Position numbers and translations under genes: made by a program. The notes under the pieces were generated by a model. It saw only the letters and a list, made by a program, of their open reading frames with translations, made no database searches and was not told the origin of the DNA. Source: Dehalococcoidia bacterium (GTDB lineage: Bacteria; Chloroflexota; Dehalococcoidia; Plut-88900). From it: a stretch of DNA of 64,000 nt. The DNA lies in NCBI GenBank assembly GCA_965207225.1, contig CBDBLV010000002.1:224001-288000 (forward strand), written 5' to 3'. Within the stretch, counting starts at the first letter, position 1; each line of letters begins with the position of its first letter. Shown one piece after another: positions 47,801-59,706 of the stretch.

Positions 47801-48598
47801 TTAGTCAAGGCCCAGCAGGTTATCCAGGCCAAAGACTATCCCCACCCGCTTGGGCGCAGCCTCCAGGGCCATCAGAACGCCGGGCATGTAGCACGTCCTC
47901 CCGGAGGTGTCGTGCCTGATAGAAAGAGTCTGACCGAGACCCCCAAAGATCACTTCCTGGTGCGCCACCGAGCCCTGGGGCCTGAGGCTGTGTACGGCCA
48001 CGCCATCCACTACCGCCCCTCGTGATCCGGGCAAGTTCTCCTTTTGCGTGACCGACAGTTCAAAGGGCTTGCCCCTAGCCTTCACCATGTCCTCGGCGGT
48101 GGCGATGGCGGTGCCGGATGGGGCGTCTATCTTTGTCTCGTGGTGCCTTTCAATCACCTCTGCATAGTCGAAGTACCTGCTGGCGATCTTGGACATGTGG
48201 ATCATCAGCACAGCGCCCAGAGCGAAGTTGGGCGCTATCACCCCCCCGACGTTGTGCTGACGGCATAGCACATCAAGTTCGGACACTTGGTCCCCCGTCA
48301 ACCCGGACGTGCCGATGACTACGTGGACACCGTTCTCTATAGCAACTCGTGCAGTGGCCAGCGCGCCTTCGGCCTGGCTGAAATCAACTATCACGTCAGG
48401 CTTGACGTGTTGGAGAAGGCTCGGGAAATCCAGGGTATGGGGCACGCCTGAACCGTCGGGGAGGGTTAGTGGGGAGCCGTCAGCATCCAGGGACACGGCC
48501 CCCGCCACCCGCATATCGGGATGGTTGGATACTGCTGCGACTATCTCTTTGCCGACGCGCCCGGTTGCTCCCTGGATGGCTACGTTGAGAGTTGCCAC
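47801..48598 (-). CDS. dapB: 4-hydroxy-tetrahydrodipicolinate reductase
   Basis: GATGRVG, VIGTSG, APNFALG, ERHHETKIDAPSGTA. Confidence 0.96.
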   Translation of the reverse strand: MATLNVAIQGATGRVGKEIVAAVSNHPDMRVAGAVSLDADGSPLTLPDGSGVPHTLDFPSLLQHVKPDVIVDFSQAEGALATARVAIENGVHVVIGTSGLTGDQVSELDVLCRQHNVGGVIAPNFALGAVLMIHMSKIASRYFDYAEVIERHHETKIDAPSGTAIATAEDMVKARGKPFELSVTQKENLPGSRGAVVDGVAVHSLRPQGSVAHQEVIFGGLGQTLSIRHDTSGRTCYMPGVLMALEAAPKRVGIVFGLDNLLGLD

Positions 48599-48630
48599 GG
48601 CTGAACCTCCCTGTTCACAGGGTTGCCGTG

Positions 48631-50892
48631 CTACCGTCTCCGGCCCCGGCTCCCCGAAAACCTGCCCTGCGGCCTATCACCCCTGGGCGGCCGCCTGTCC
48701 TGGGGTCTCCTGTCCCGGCCCCCGCCCCGGAAGTCTCCATCCGACCTCCCATATCCTCCACCCGACCGCGCGTATTCTTCCCTGGGCCGAGAGCCATCAT
48801 CCCCGGGCGCTCCTTCGAGCACCGCTCTCCTTGAGAGGTTGATTCGCCCCAGGGAATCTATTTCGGTGACCATCACGGTGACTTCGTCGCCGACCTGGAC
48901 CTCGTCCTCCACGGATTCGACCCGGTATTCCGCAAGCTCGCTGATGTGGACCAGGCCGTCCTTGCCGGGCAGTATCTCCACAAAGGCGCCGAAGTTCATG
49001 ATCCGCACTACTTTGCCGGTGTAGGTCTCACCAACTTCCACCTCTTTGGTCAGGCCGCGGATCATCTCTTCGGCCCGCCGGGAGGCTTCCCGATCAGATG
49101 AACCTATTATCACCGTTCCGTCATCTTCGACGTCAACGGTTGCACCAGTGGCTTCGACAATCGACCTTATGGTCTTGCCGCCCGGGCCTATGACTATCCC
49201 AATCTTCTCTTTATCTATCTTGACGGTCGTCATACGAGGGGCGTATTCGCTCAGTTCAGGTCGGGCTTGCTGGATGGTCTTGCCCATCAGGTCGAGGATC
49301 TGGAGCCGTCCCGCCACCGCCTGCTTCAGGGCCTTCTCCATGATTTCGAAGCTCAGGCCCTTTATTTTCAGGTCCATCTGCCAGCCGGTCATTCCCTCGG
49401 TGGTACCGGCTACCTTGAAGTCCATGTCTCCCATGAAGTCTTCGATGCCGGCGATATCCGTAAGCACCGAATACCGGCCGTTCTCATCCGTAATCAGGCC
49501 CATGGCCACTCCGGCAACGGGATGAGATATCGGAACGCCCGCATCCATCAGGGATAAGCTGCTTCCGCACACGCTTGCCATAGAGGTGCTGCCGTTGGAG
49601 CTAAGCGCCTCCGACACCACTCTTATTGCGTAAGGGAAATCTTCCTCACTGGGCAGGATGGGTTCAATGGACCTCTCCGCAAGGGCCCCGTGGCCTATCT
49701 CCCTGCGACCCGGCGACCCGATCCGTCCCGTCTCCCCCACGCTGTAGGGCGGGAAGTTGTAGTGGTGCATGAACCGTTTTCTGGTCTGCGGGCTGATGTT
49801 GTCTATCTTCTGAGCGTCGCCCGAGGACGAAAGCGTGGTAACCGAGAGCACCTGTGTCTGCCCTCGACTGAAAAGTCCTGTCCCATGAGTCCTGGGAAGG
49901 ATTCCGACCTCGCACTCGATGTGGCGGAGTTCGTCCAGATTCCTGCCGTCGGGCCTGACACCCGTGTCCAGGATGTTCGCCCGGACCTGCTTCTTAACCT
50001 GGGCTCGGACTATGTCCCCCACCGCCTCGCCGGGGAAGCTGTCGGACAGTGCGGATATCGCTTCCTTCTCCAAAGCCTCAATGGCCGACTCCCTGTCCTC
50101 TCTTCTCACCACCTTGCTGGTGCTCTTCAAGCGGTCGCCGACCAGGTCCAGGACGGCCTTTTCAAGGTCCGGGTTAGGGATTGCGGAAGCGGGAAGCTTC
50201 ATCTTCGTCTTGCCCCACGCGGAGACAAGCTCTTCCTGCAACCCGATGACTATCTGGTTAGCTTCATGCCCGAACTTGACCGCATTGAAGACAAGGTCTT
50301 CGGGAAGCTGGTTGGCCCCGGCCTCGACCATCACGACAGCATCCTTAGTGCTCACGACGACCAGGTCCAGGTCGCTCTTGTCCGACTGGGCATAGGTCGG
50401 GTTCAGCACGAACTCACCGTCTACGTAGCCGACACGGGAGCCGCCCACGGGACCCTCGAAGGGAATCTCCGAGATGGAAAGCGCCGCCGACGCGCCGATG
50501 ATCGCCGGTATAGCAGGCTCATGCTCCCTGTCCGTAGAAAGGACGGTGGCGATTATCTGGACGTCGTTGCGGAAACCCTTGGGGAAGAGGGGCCGCAGCG
50601 GGCGGTCAATCAGCCGACCCGTAAGAATGGCCTCCGCGCCGGGCCTGCCCTCTCTCTTGAAGAAGCTGCCCGGGATCTTCCCGGCCGCGTAGTGACGCTC
50701 TTCCATGTCTATGGTGAGGGGGAAGAAGTCGATGCCGGGTCGGGGTTGGGCGGATACGCAGGCTGTGACCAGAACTACGGTCTCGCCATATATGACGGTA
50801 ACCGACCCGTGGGCCTGCATTGCAAGCTTCCCCGTACCGATGGTTAGGGGGATGCCGCCCAGGTCTCTTTGAAAGCTGCTAGCTGCTGCCAA
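48631..50892 (-). CDS. pnp: polyribonucleotide nucleotidyltransferase
   Basis: DFFPLT, RLIDRPLRPLFP, FMHHYNFPPYSVGE, SNGSTSMAS, GDMDFKVAG, KH and S1 domains. Confidence 0.98.
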   Translation of the reverse strand: MAAASSFQRDLGGIPLTIGTGKLAMQAHGSVTVIYGETVVLVTACVSAQPRPGIDFFPLTIDMEERHYAAGKIPGSFFKREGRPGAEAILTGRLIDRPLRPLFPKGFRNDVQIIATVLSTDREHEPAIPAIIGASAALSISEIPFEGPVGGSRVGYVDGEFVLNPTYAQSDKSDLDLVVVSTKDAVVMVEAGANQLPEDLVFNAVKFGHEANQIVIGLQEELVSAWGKTKMKLPASAIPNPDLEKAVLDLVGDRLKSTSKVVRREDRESAIEALEKEAISALSDSFPGEAVGDIVRAQVKKQVRANILDTGVRPDGRNLDELRHIECEVGILPRTHGTGLFSRGQTQVLSVTTLSSSGDAQKIDNISPQTRKRFMHHYNFPPYSVGETGRIGSPGRREIGHGALAERSIEPILPSEEDFPYAIRVVSEALSSNGSTSMASVCGSSLSLMDAGVPISHPVAGVAMGLITDENGRYSVLTDIAGIEDFMGDMDFKVAGTTEGMTGWQMDLKIKGLSFEIMEKALKQAVAGRLQILDLMGKTIQQARPELSEYAPRMTTVKIDKEKIGIVIGPGGKTIRSIVEATGATVDVEDDGTVIIGSSDREASRRAEEMIRGLTKEVEVGETYTGKVVRIMNFGAFVEILPGKDGLVHISELAEYRVESVEDEVQVGDEVTVMVTEIDSLGRINLSRRAVLEGAPGDDGSRPREEYARSGGGYGRSDGDFRGGGRDRRPQDRRPPRGDRPQGRFSGSRGRRR

Positions 50893-50921
50893 GTATGGTC
50901 CGTATCAGGCCATCCACAGCG

Positions 50922-51185
50922 CTATCGCCTCAGTCCCAGCCTGGAAATCATGGAGCGGTAGCGCCCCACGTCTTTCCGGTTCAAGTACTCGAGCAGTCGC
51001 CTGCGTTGGCCAACCAGTTTAAGGAGACCCCGCTGGCTGTGATAATCGTGCTTGTGACTTCTGAGGTGCTGGGTGATAGACCCTATCCTGTTAGTCAGGA
51101 GGGCTATCTGCACCTCCGCCGACCCAGAGTCATTGTCGTGAAGCCTGTAGGAACCGATTATTTCTTGCTTTAGCTGTGGCTCCAA
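50922..51185 (-). CDS. rpsO: 30S ribosomal protein S15
   Basis: [35 protein letters not shown]; TTG start with AGAGGT SD. Confidence 0.96.
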   Translation of the reverse strand: MEPQLKQEIIGSYRLHDNDSGSAEVQIALLTNRIGSITQHLRSHKHDYHSQRGLLKLVGQRRRLLEYLNRKDVGRYRSMISRLGLRR

Positions 51186-51257
51186 AAAATCTATACCTCT
51201 AATTTCCGTGGCGGAGTATAGCACAGAGGGGGCGCGGATGCCACAGGGTGTTGCGGA

Positions 51258-52555
51258 TTTTGATTGAACGTTGATTGAACATTGATTGAACTCGTAGCTG
51301 TTTTGATTGAATGACGCCTAAAGGGGAAAACGGAGGGGAACCCTCTCCCCCTCGATCCCCCTCTCCCTTAGGGCCATTGAGGGAGAGGGGGAGGAGTAAA
51401 CAGAGGGACGTGCGTGCGCGGGGCGCACGCACGTCCCTCTAGTTTGTACTCGGGGGGAGAGGAGAACAGCGCCGACCTCTGCCTCTAGTTCAGTACTGGG
51501 TGGAAGGGAGGGAATGACGGAGAGGAGCCTGGCTGAGTTGCGTAGTTGGGTCTGGTCGTTCAGGAGGGATGGATTCCCGACTCCTCGGGAATGACGGGTT
51601 AGACGGGCGGGGATGGGGGTGTTCGGTTGTGGGGTTTGGGTATTCATTTTGTTCTGGCTGTGGGGTTTTGGGTCGGCGATGGAAGGTCCGGGACTCGGAT
51701 GCAGGACCTCGATGGCACCTACGCCGACGCTGGTGGCATCGGCGGTTGTCCTGCCTTTCCCTTCACGCATGCCTTGGGAGACTTGCCGCTGTCGAGGGCG
51801 TCTCTGCGTGGGGACATCCGCTCTCTGCATCAGCGCTCGACCGCTGTACGGGACGGCATATCGGCTCGAGGCCGCCGTGGGCGGAAGGAGCCGCATAAGG
51901 GCGCTAAGGCCCTGCATAACGAGTCAGAGGACTCGCGGAATTCCTCGACGAGGGTAAAGTCGGCGAGGCGTATACGCCCGAGTAAGGGGCGTCGTATCGG
52001 CAAGGGCGTCGTTATAGAGAGGCCTGCTGCCGCATAGAGTCGATGGACCATCCATCGCCTGGTGGGTCAGGGAAGGGACACGAGACTTGATGGGATGAGG
52101 AGATGGCGTCCCCGACGTCTCGGGGGCGGTGCCTTGGGTCGGGTCTCGGGGGCTTCCCTGGGTTTTTGGTTCCTCCTTGTGTTACTGAATATCAGTTCGA
52201 ACTGCAAAACAGTTTAGCACGGGTGTAATAGAAGTCAAGGGCTTTCGGGCGCGGTTTTGTCGGGAATACCCCCCAACCCCCCAGGGAACCCTCTCCCTCT
52301 TTATCCCCCTCTCCCCCGTATCGGGGTACGGGGCAGGCTCTTAGGGCCTATAAGGGAGAGGGGGAGAAAAAACAGAGGCATGCACCTGCGCCTCTGCGCA
52401 GGTGCATGCCTCTAGTTTAGTACTGGAAAGAGGGGAGAAGACCATCCTCACCACCTGCTCCCCCATACCTTAGGGCCATTGAAGGAGAAGGGGAGAGAAG
52501 CGTAGAGGCATAGGCATGTGCGTTGCACCCACGTCTGCCTCTAGTTCAGCACTGG
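51258..52555. repeat. palindrome-rich intergenic island B (related to island A, opposite orientation)
   Basis: 4x TTGATTGAA (51260, 51271, 51282, 51303); CTAG-palindrome modules near 51336-51452, 52284-52426 and 52460-52555; GTCATTCCCG hairpin 51571-51595. Confidence 0.85.
52211..52238 (-). promoter_or_regulatory. internal sigma70-like promoter of island B
   Basis: TTGACT-N16-TAAACT with extended -10 TG; AAGGAGG at 52178-52172 but no start codon at SD distance. Confidence 0.5.
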
Positions 52556-52824
52556 GGGGAGGGGGGTTGTGATACGAATAGGACTACAGGAGCTCAGCAA
52601 TCGGGGGAGATGATTGAATATTTTAAGGGGTTGGGAGCCGTATGACTTCAGGGAGACCACGCATCGGAGTGATCCGAGGGCAGATCCGGCACTCCTGCGT
52701 GAATAGTCCGGTCTCCCTTGCAATCACAATCGCAATCCCCCTACAATGCCTCAATCCCACGAAGCTAACGCCCCCCTCTGCCTTTACACTCTACAAGGCG
52801 TTAAATATAATTGAATTCAGGCTT

Positions 52825-54027
52825 ATGAACGATTCTGAAGGACAGCACACCCAGCCCGAGGACACATCTTCCTACGGAATGCAGGAACTCCTGGACGAGG
52901 CTGAGAACGTCGCCACCATAAGAAGAGGCGATATAGTAAAGGGTGTAGTAGTCCAGAAGGACCGTGAAGGCCTTCTGGTCGATATAGGGGCCAAGACCGA
53001 GGGTGTAGTCCCGGCCCGAGAGATGCGCACCTTCTCTGCAGAAGAAGCCGAGGCCCTCAGCCTTGGGGACGAAGTTCTTGTCTACGTAGTCCAGACCGAC
53101 GAGAGCGAAGGCCAGATATACCTGTCGGTTGACCGGGCCCAGGGAGAGAAGGGCTGGCACGTACTCCAGGGCAACTTCGAAAACGGAGACGTAATTGAGG
53201 GTGAGGCGGTCGACTACAATAAAGGCGGCCTCCTGGTCAACGTAGAGGGAATCAGGGGTTTCGTACCCATGTCCCAGCTGGCCACCCCCGTGGCGTTCGA
53301 CCCTTCCGCCGACCCCAGCCGTAGCCCCCTCGCTGACCTCATCGGCAACCACCTCAAGTTGAAGGTAATCGAAATCAATCGGCGGCGGAACCGGCTGATC
53401 CTCTCCGAAAAGCAGGTGATGCGCCAGCAGAGGGAACAGCTGCGCCAAAGCCTGTTCGCCGAGTTAGACACGGGCCAGGTCCGAAAGGGGCGCGTCACCG
53501 GGATCCGGGAGTTCGGGGCCTTCGTTGACATTGGCGGGGTTGACGGACTGGTGCATCTATCCGAATTTTCCTGGGGCCAGGTGGAACCCCCGGAGAAGAC
53601 CCTATCAATCGGGGATGAGGTAGATGTCTACGTATTGAGAGTGGACCGGGAAAACATGAAGGTAGCTCTCAGCTTCCGGCGCCTCCACCCCGAGCCCTGG
53701 GAGTCGATTCACGAGAAGTACCACGTCGGACAGACCGTCACGGCCACAGTGACAAAGGTCACGACTTTCGGCGCGTTTGCCCGCCTGGACCCGGCCATCG
53801 AGGGCCTGGTCCACATCTCGGAACTGAGCGATGGCCCGGTCCGCCACCCCTCGGACGTGGTCTCCGAGGGGCAGGAATTAACCCTGAAGATCCTGAGAAT
53901 AGAACCCGAAAGAAGGCGTCTTGCCCTGAGCCTGAAGCAGGCCGGTTCCTACGGATTTGCCGAGCGATACAGGGATGAGTTCTACGGCGGCGCCGAATAT
54001 GGAGACGGAGACGGGGACTACCAATAG
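52825..54027 (+). CDS. rpsA: 30S ribosomal protein S1 (short, four S1 domains)
   Basis: LVDIGAKTEG, NKGGL..GFVP.SQ, FGAFVDIGGVDGLVHLSE.SW, EGLVHISEL. Confidence 0.93.
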   Translation: MNDSEGQHTQPEDTSSYGMQELLDEAENVATIRRGDIVKGVVVQKDREGLLVDIGAKTEGVVPAREMRTFSAEEAEALSLGDEVLVYVVQTDESEGQIYLSVDRAQGEKGWHVLQGNFENGDVIEGEAVDYNKGGLLVNVEGIRGFVPMSQLATPVAFDPSADPSRSPLADLIGNHLKLKVIEINRRRNRLILSEKQVMRQQREQLRQSLFAELDTGQVRKGRVTGIREFGAFVDIGGVDGLVHLSEFSWGQVEPPEKTLSIGDEVDVYVLRVDRENMKVALSFRRLHPEPWESIHEKYHVGQTVTATVTKVTTFGAFARLDPAIEGLVHISELSDGPVRHPSDVVSEGQELTLKILRIEPERRRLALSLKQAGSYGFAERYRDEFYGGAEYGDGDGDYQ

Positions 54028-54086
54028 CACAGTGGGCAACGCCCATTGACCGGACGGGCCCGTTGCCGTCCTCCTGGGAGCAGCAC

Positions 54087-56546
<2,460 letters not shown>

Positions 56547-56575
56547 CCCTCGACTCTCGGCTAAACTGAAGAGAC

Positions 56576-56608
56576 GAAGGGAAGCCCCGTCGGGGGCTTC
56601 CCTTCTTT
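56576..56608 (+). terminator. intrinsic terminator after clpC
   Basis: GAAGGGAAGCCCC-GTCG-GGGGCTTCCCTTC-TTT. Confidence 0.75.
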
Positions 56609-56645
56609 CATTGATACCGGAAACAGACAAAGATCGACTAAGCCG

Positions 56646-58028
56646 ATGCCCAAGACCCAGTCGAAGACCATCTACGTCTGCAACGAATGCGGCGCAACCA
56701 CGCCTCGCTGGGAGGGTCGATGCTCCCGCTGCGGCACGTGGAACAGCCTTACCCAGACCGTCCAGCGGGCCTCGCGGCCCGGGACTTCCGGACCAACCAG
56801 TTTCTCCCGCACCCCGGTGGAGCTTTCATCCGTTACCACGTCTACCGATCCCCGCATCCCCCTCTCCTCCCCAGAATTCTCCCGGGTCCTGGGAGGCGGC
56901 ATAGTACCCGGCTCCCTGGTCCTCCTTGGCGGGGAGCCGGGCATCGGAAAGTCCACCCTATTGCTCCAGACCGCCGCCGATCTCTCGGGCCCCGACTCCT
57001 GCGTCCTCTATGTTTCCGGCGAGGAGTCCGAGCAGCAAGTAAGGATGCGGGCTTCCAGGCTCGGGATTGGGGGTTCTAACCTCTTCGTCCATGCCGCCAA
57101 CGACTTGAACGCCGCCCTGCAGTCCATGGACGAGATCTCTCCCGCCCTTGTGATAGTCGACTCTATACAGACCGTCTTCTTCAGCGAGATCGGGAGCTCA
57201 CCGGGGAGCCTCGCCCAGGTCAGGGAGGCCACGTGGAGGCTCCTGGAATGGAGCAAGTTCTCGGGGGTACCGGTTATGGTCTCGGGCCACGTTACCAAGG
57301 AGGGGGCCATAGCCGGGCCCCGGATGCTCGAGCACATCGTCGACGTTGTGCTCTACCTGGAAGGCGACACCTACAGCCCCTACCGACTCCTCCGCGGCGA
57401 GAAAAACCGCTTCGGCTCCACCAACGAGACAGGCATCTTCGAAATGACCGAAAAGGGCCTTATTGACGTCCCGGACCCATCCCGGGCCCTTCTATCCGAA
57501 CGACGCTCCGGCGAAGTCGGCTCCATCATCGTCCCCGTCATGGAAGGCACCCGACCCATCCTCGTCGAGGTCCAGGCGCTCACCAGCATGACGCCCTTCA
57601 ACCTTCCCAGGAGGACAGCCAACGGCATAGATTTGAACCGCCTGCTCCTCATAACCGCCGTATTGAGCAAGCGGATGGGCGCCCGACTCTCCAACCAGGA
57701 CGTACTGGTTAATGTCATTGGCGGGCTTCGTATCCGGGAGCCGTCCGCCGACCTCGCCGTCGCCCTGGCCATCCTTTCCAGCCTGAAGGACAGGCCCGTG
57801 CTTGACGGACTAGTCGCGGTGGGGGAGGTGGGGTTGGGAGGGGAGGTCCGATCTGCCCGCCACCTCGCCCGCCGCCTCCAGGAAGCTGCTCACCTCGGAT
57901 TGGATACGGGTATAATACCCGTGACCACGCCCAAGGATTTCGTCAGCCCGGCCAACATGACCGTTACCAGAGTGTCCAACCTCTCAGAAGCGGTGAAGGC
58001 CGCTCTTGGACCAAAATATTCCAGGTGA
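56646..58028 (+). CDS. radA: DNA repair protein RadA/Sms
   Basis: C4 zinc finger, GEPGIGKSTL, KNRFG, Lon-like C-terminus. Confidence 0.97.
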   Translation: MPKTQSKTIYVCNECGATTPRWEGRCSRCGTWNSLTQTVQRASRPGTSGPTSFSRTPVELSSVTTSTDPRIPLSSPEFSRVLGGGIVPGSLVLLGGEPGIGKSTLLLQTAADLSGPDSCVLYVSGEESEQQVRMRASRLGIGGSNLFVHAANDLNAALQSMDEISPALVIVDSIQTVFFSEIGSSPGSLAQVREATWRLLEWSKFSGVPVMVSGHVTKEGAIAGPRMLEHIVDVVLYLEGDTYSPYRLLRGEKNRFGSTNETGIFEMTEKGLIDVPDPSRALLSERRSGEVGSIIVPVMEGTRPILVEVQALTSMTPFNLPRRTANGIDLNRLLLITAVLSKRMGARLSNQDVLVNVIGGLRIREPSADLAVALAILSSLKDRPVLDGLVAVGEVGLGGEVRSARHLARRLQEAAHLGLDTGIIPVTTPKDFVSPANMTVTRVSNLSEAVKAALGPKYSR

Positions 58029-58897
58029 TGACTATCCAACCAGACACCGCGAACAAATCGGGCCACCTCCGTGAAATACTCAAGGAGATGGGGTCGGTTG
58101 TCGTTGCCTATTCCGGCGGTGTGGACAGCGCGTTCCTCGCCGTGGAGGCCCATGCGGCCCTCGGGGACAGGGCTCTTGCCGTCACCGCCGATTCCCCCAG
58201 CATCCCACGGTCCGAGCTGAGCGCCGCTCAGTCCCTGGCCCGGCAGTTCAACTTTCGCCACCGGGTTATCGACACCTTCGAGACCCGCGACCCCCGGTAC
58301 CAGGAAAACAGCCCGCAACGCTGTTTCTTCTGCAAAGGTGAGCTCTATTCCCGGCTCCTACCGATCGCAGAGCAAGAAGGGTATGAATGGGTTGCCAACG
58401 GCACCAACGCCGACGATCTCGGTGACTTCCGGCCCGGCCTGGACGCAGCACGACGATCCAACGTCCGAAGCCCCCTCTGCGAGGCAGATCTGACCAAGAG
58501 CGAGATCCGGGAACTCTCCAGGGAGTTGGGCCTGCCCACCTGGGACAAACCGGCCATGGCCTGTCTCGCATCACGGGTACCATACGGAGACAAGGTGACC
58601 GTGGAGGTATTGCACCAGATAGAGGCCGCTGAAGATTATCTTAGGGGGCTGGGGATTCGAGACCTCAGGGTCCGCCACCATGACCGCATCGCACGGATTG
58701 AGGTTGATGAGCAGGGCATAGCCCTGTTGGCCCGGCCGGAAGTGCGCAGCGAGCTTGTCGGGCACTTTCGCTCCCTCGGTTATACCTATGTAACGCTGGA
58801 CCTGGCCGGGTTCCGCTCGGGCAGCCTCAACGAGGTCCTGCAACTCTCCCGAAAGCCGGCAAAGGCCGCCTCCTCTCCGGTCGAGAACAAGGGGTAG
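58028..58897 (+). CDS. larE: ATP-dependent sulfur transferase LarE
   Basis: PP-loop AYSGGVDS, RCFFCK, DFRPG, WDKPAMACLASR.PYG, RVRHH, GFRSGSLN. Confidence 0.93.
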   Translation: MTIQPDTANKSGHLREILKEMGSVVVAYSGGVDSAFLAVEAHAALGDRALAVTADSPSIPRSELSAAQSLARQFNFRHRVIDTFETRDPRYQENSPQRCFFCKGELYSRLLPIAEQEGYEWVANGTNADDLGDFRPGLDAARRSNVRSPLCEADLTKSEIRELSRELGLPTWDKPAMACLASRVPYGDKVTVEVLHQIEAAEDYLRGLGIRDLRVRHHDRIARIEVDEQGIALLARPEVRSELVGHFRSLGYTYVTLDLAGFRSGSLNEVLQLSRKPAKAASSPVENKG

Positions 58898-58929
58898 TCC
58901 ACTCCCTTATCCGCCCCTTCTCACCCGCC

Positions 58930-59706
58930 ATGAGCTATCTGTTTGGGGACTCCGCCACGGCCCAGTCGAGGCTCGACCTCCTTGCCCGCACCTTCGAACC
59001 CCCCACCCGGGAATTCCTTTCGACGTTCAACCCAAAAGGCACAGACCTCGCCATAGATCTCGGGTGCGGGCCCGGACACACAACCCGACTTATAGCCGAA
59101 ACCTTGCCCTTCAAAAGAGTGGTAGGCCTGGACAAGTCATCGAGTTTTATTGAAGCCGCTTCCCAATCCCGTTCCACCGATGTCTCTTTCCAACAACACG
59201 ACGTGACGTTGGTCCCCTTCCCCCTCCCACCCGCCGACCTCATCTTCTGCCGTTTCCTGGTCACCCACCTCCCCACACCCGGCCAGGCACTCGCCCGGTG
59301 GGCGTCCCAGCTCTCGAATTACGGTGCGATCCTGCTGGAAGAGGTACACTGGATTCACCCCCGGAACTCCGTGCTGGAATCATATCTATCTGCCTTGGAC
59401 CGTGTCATGGACGCCACGGGCGTAGCCCTCTACACCGGCGCCCGGCTCCCCGATCTTATTAAGAGCACTCCCCTGAAGATCACTGCCGACAATACCTGCC
59501 ACCTTGCCGTGAGCAACCGGGATGCGGCTGCAATGTTCTCCATGAACATCCGCTCCTGGGGCATGAGCCACCCGGCCCTTTCCTTGTACGGCTCCTGCTT
59601 CCTACGCTCCCTCCACCACGACCTGGAAGTAATGGCAGCCGATTCCCCAGGCGCTCTATCCGAAATAGAATGGGGCATGAGGCAGATGGTACTGGAGCCC
59701 GGATGA
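58930..59706 (+). CDS. class I SAM-dependent methyltransferase
   Basis: IDLGCGPG.TT, VGLD.S, HDV, DLIFCRF..HL. Confidence 0.88.
   Translation: MSYLFGDSATAQSRLDLLARTFEPPTREFLSTFNPKGTDLAIDLGCGPGHTTRLIAETLPFKRVVGLDKSSSFIEAASQSRSTDVSFQQHDVTLVPFPLPPADLIFCRFLVTHLPTPGQALARWASQLSNYGAILLEEVHWIHPRNSVLESYLSALDRVMDATGVALYTGARLPDLIKSTPLKITADNTCHLAVSNRDAAAMFSMNIRSWGMSHPALSLYGSCFLRSLHHDLEVMAADSPGALSEIEWGMRQMVLEPG

Noticed and set aside
49690-50847. Long antisense ORFs (385 aa opposite pnp; also 10067-10900, 33128-33940, 37407-38252, 28729-29529)
   Set aside because: Shadow frames of well-supported GC-rich genes, without motifs
51268-51291. GTTC-N7-GTTC LexA-type box within the TTCAATCAA array
   Set aside because: That spacing is the alphaproteobacterial LexA motif and arises automatically from the 11-bp repeat; flanking genes are not SOS genes
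51186-52824. Replication origin between divergent rpsO and rpsA
   Set aside because: No TTATCCACA box cluster seen, no dnaA/dnaN nearby, and the plus strand still looks C-rich downstream (by eye only)
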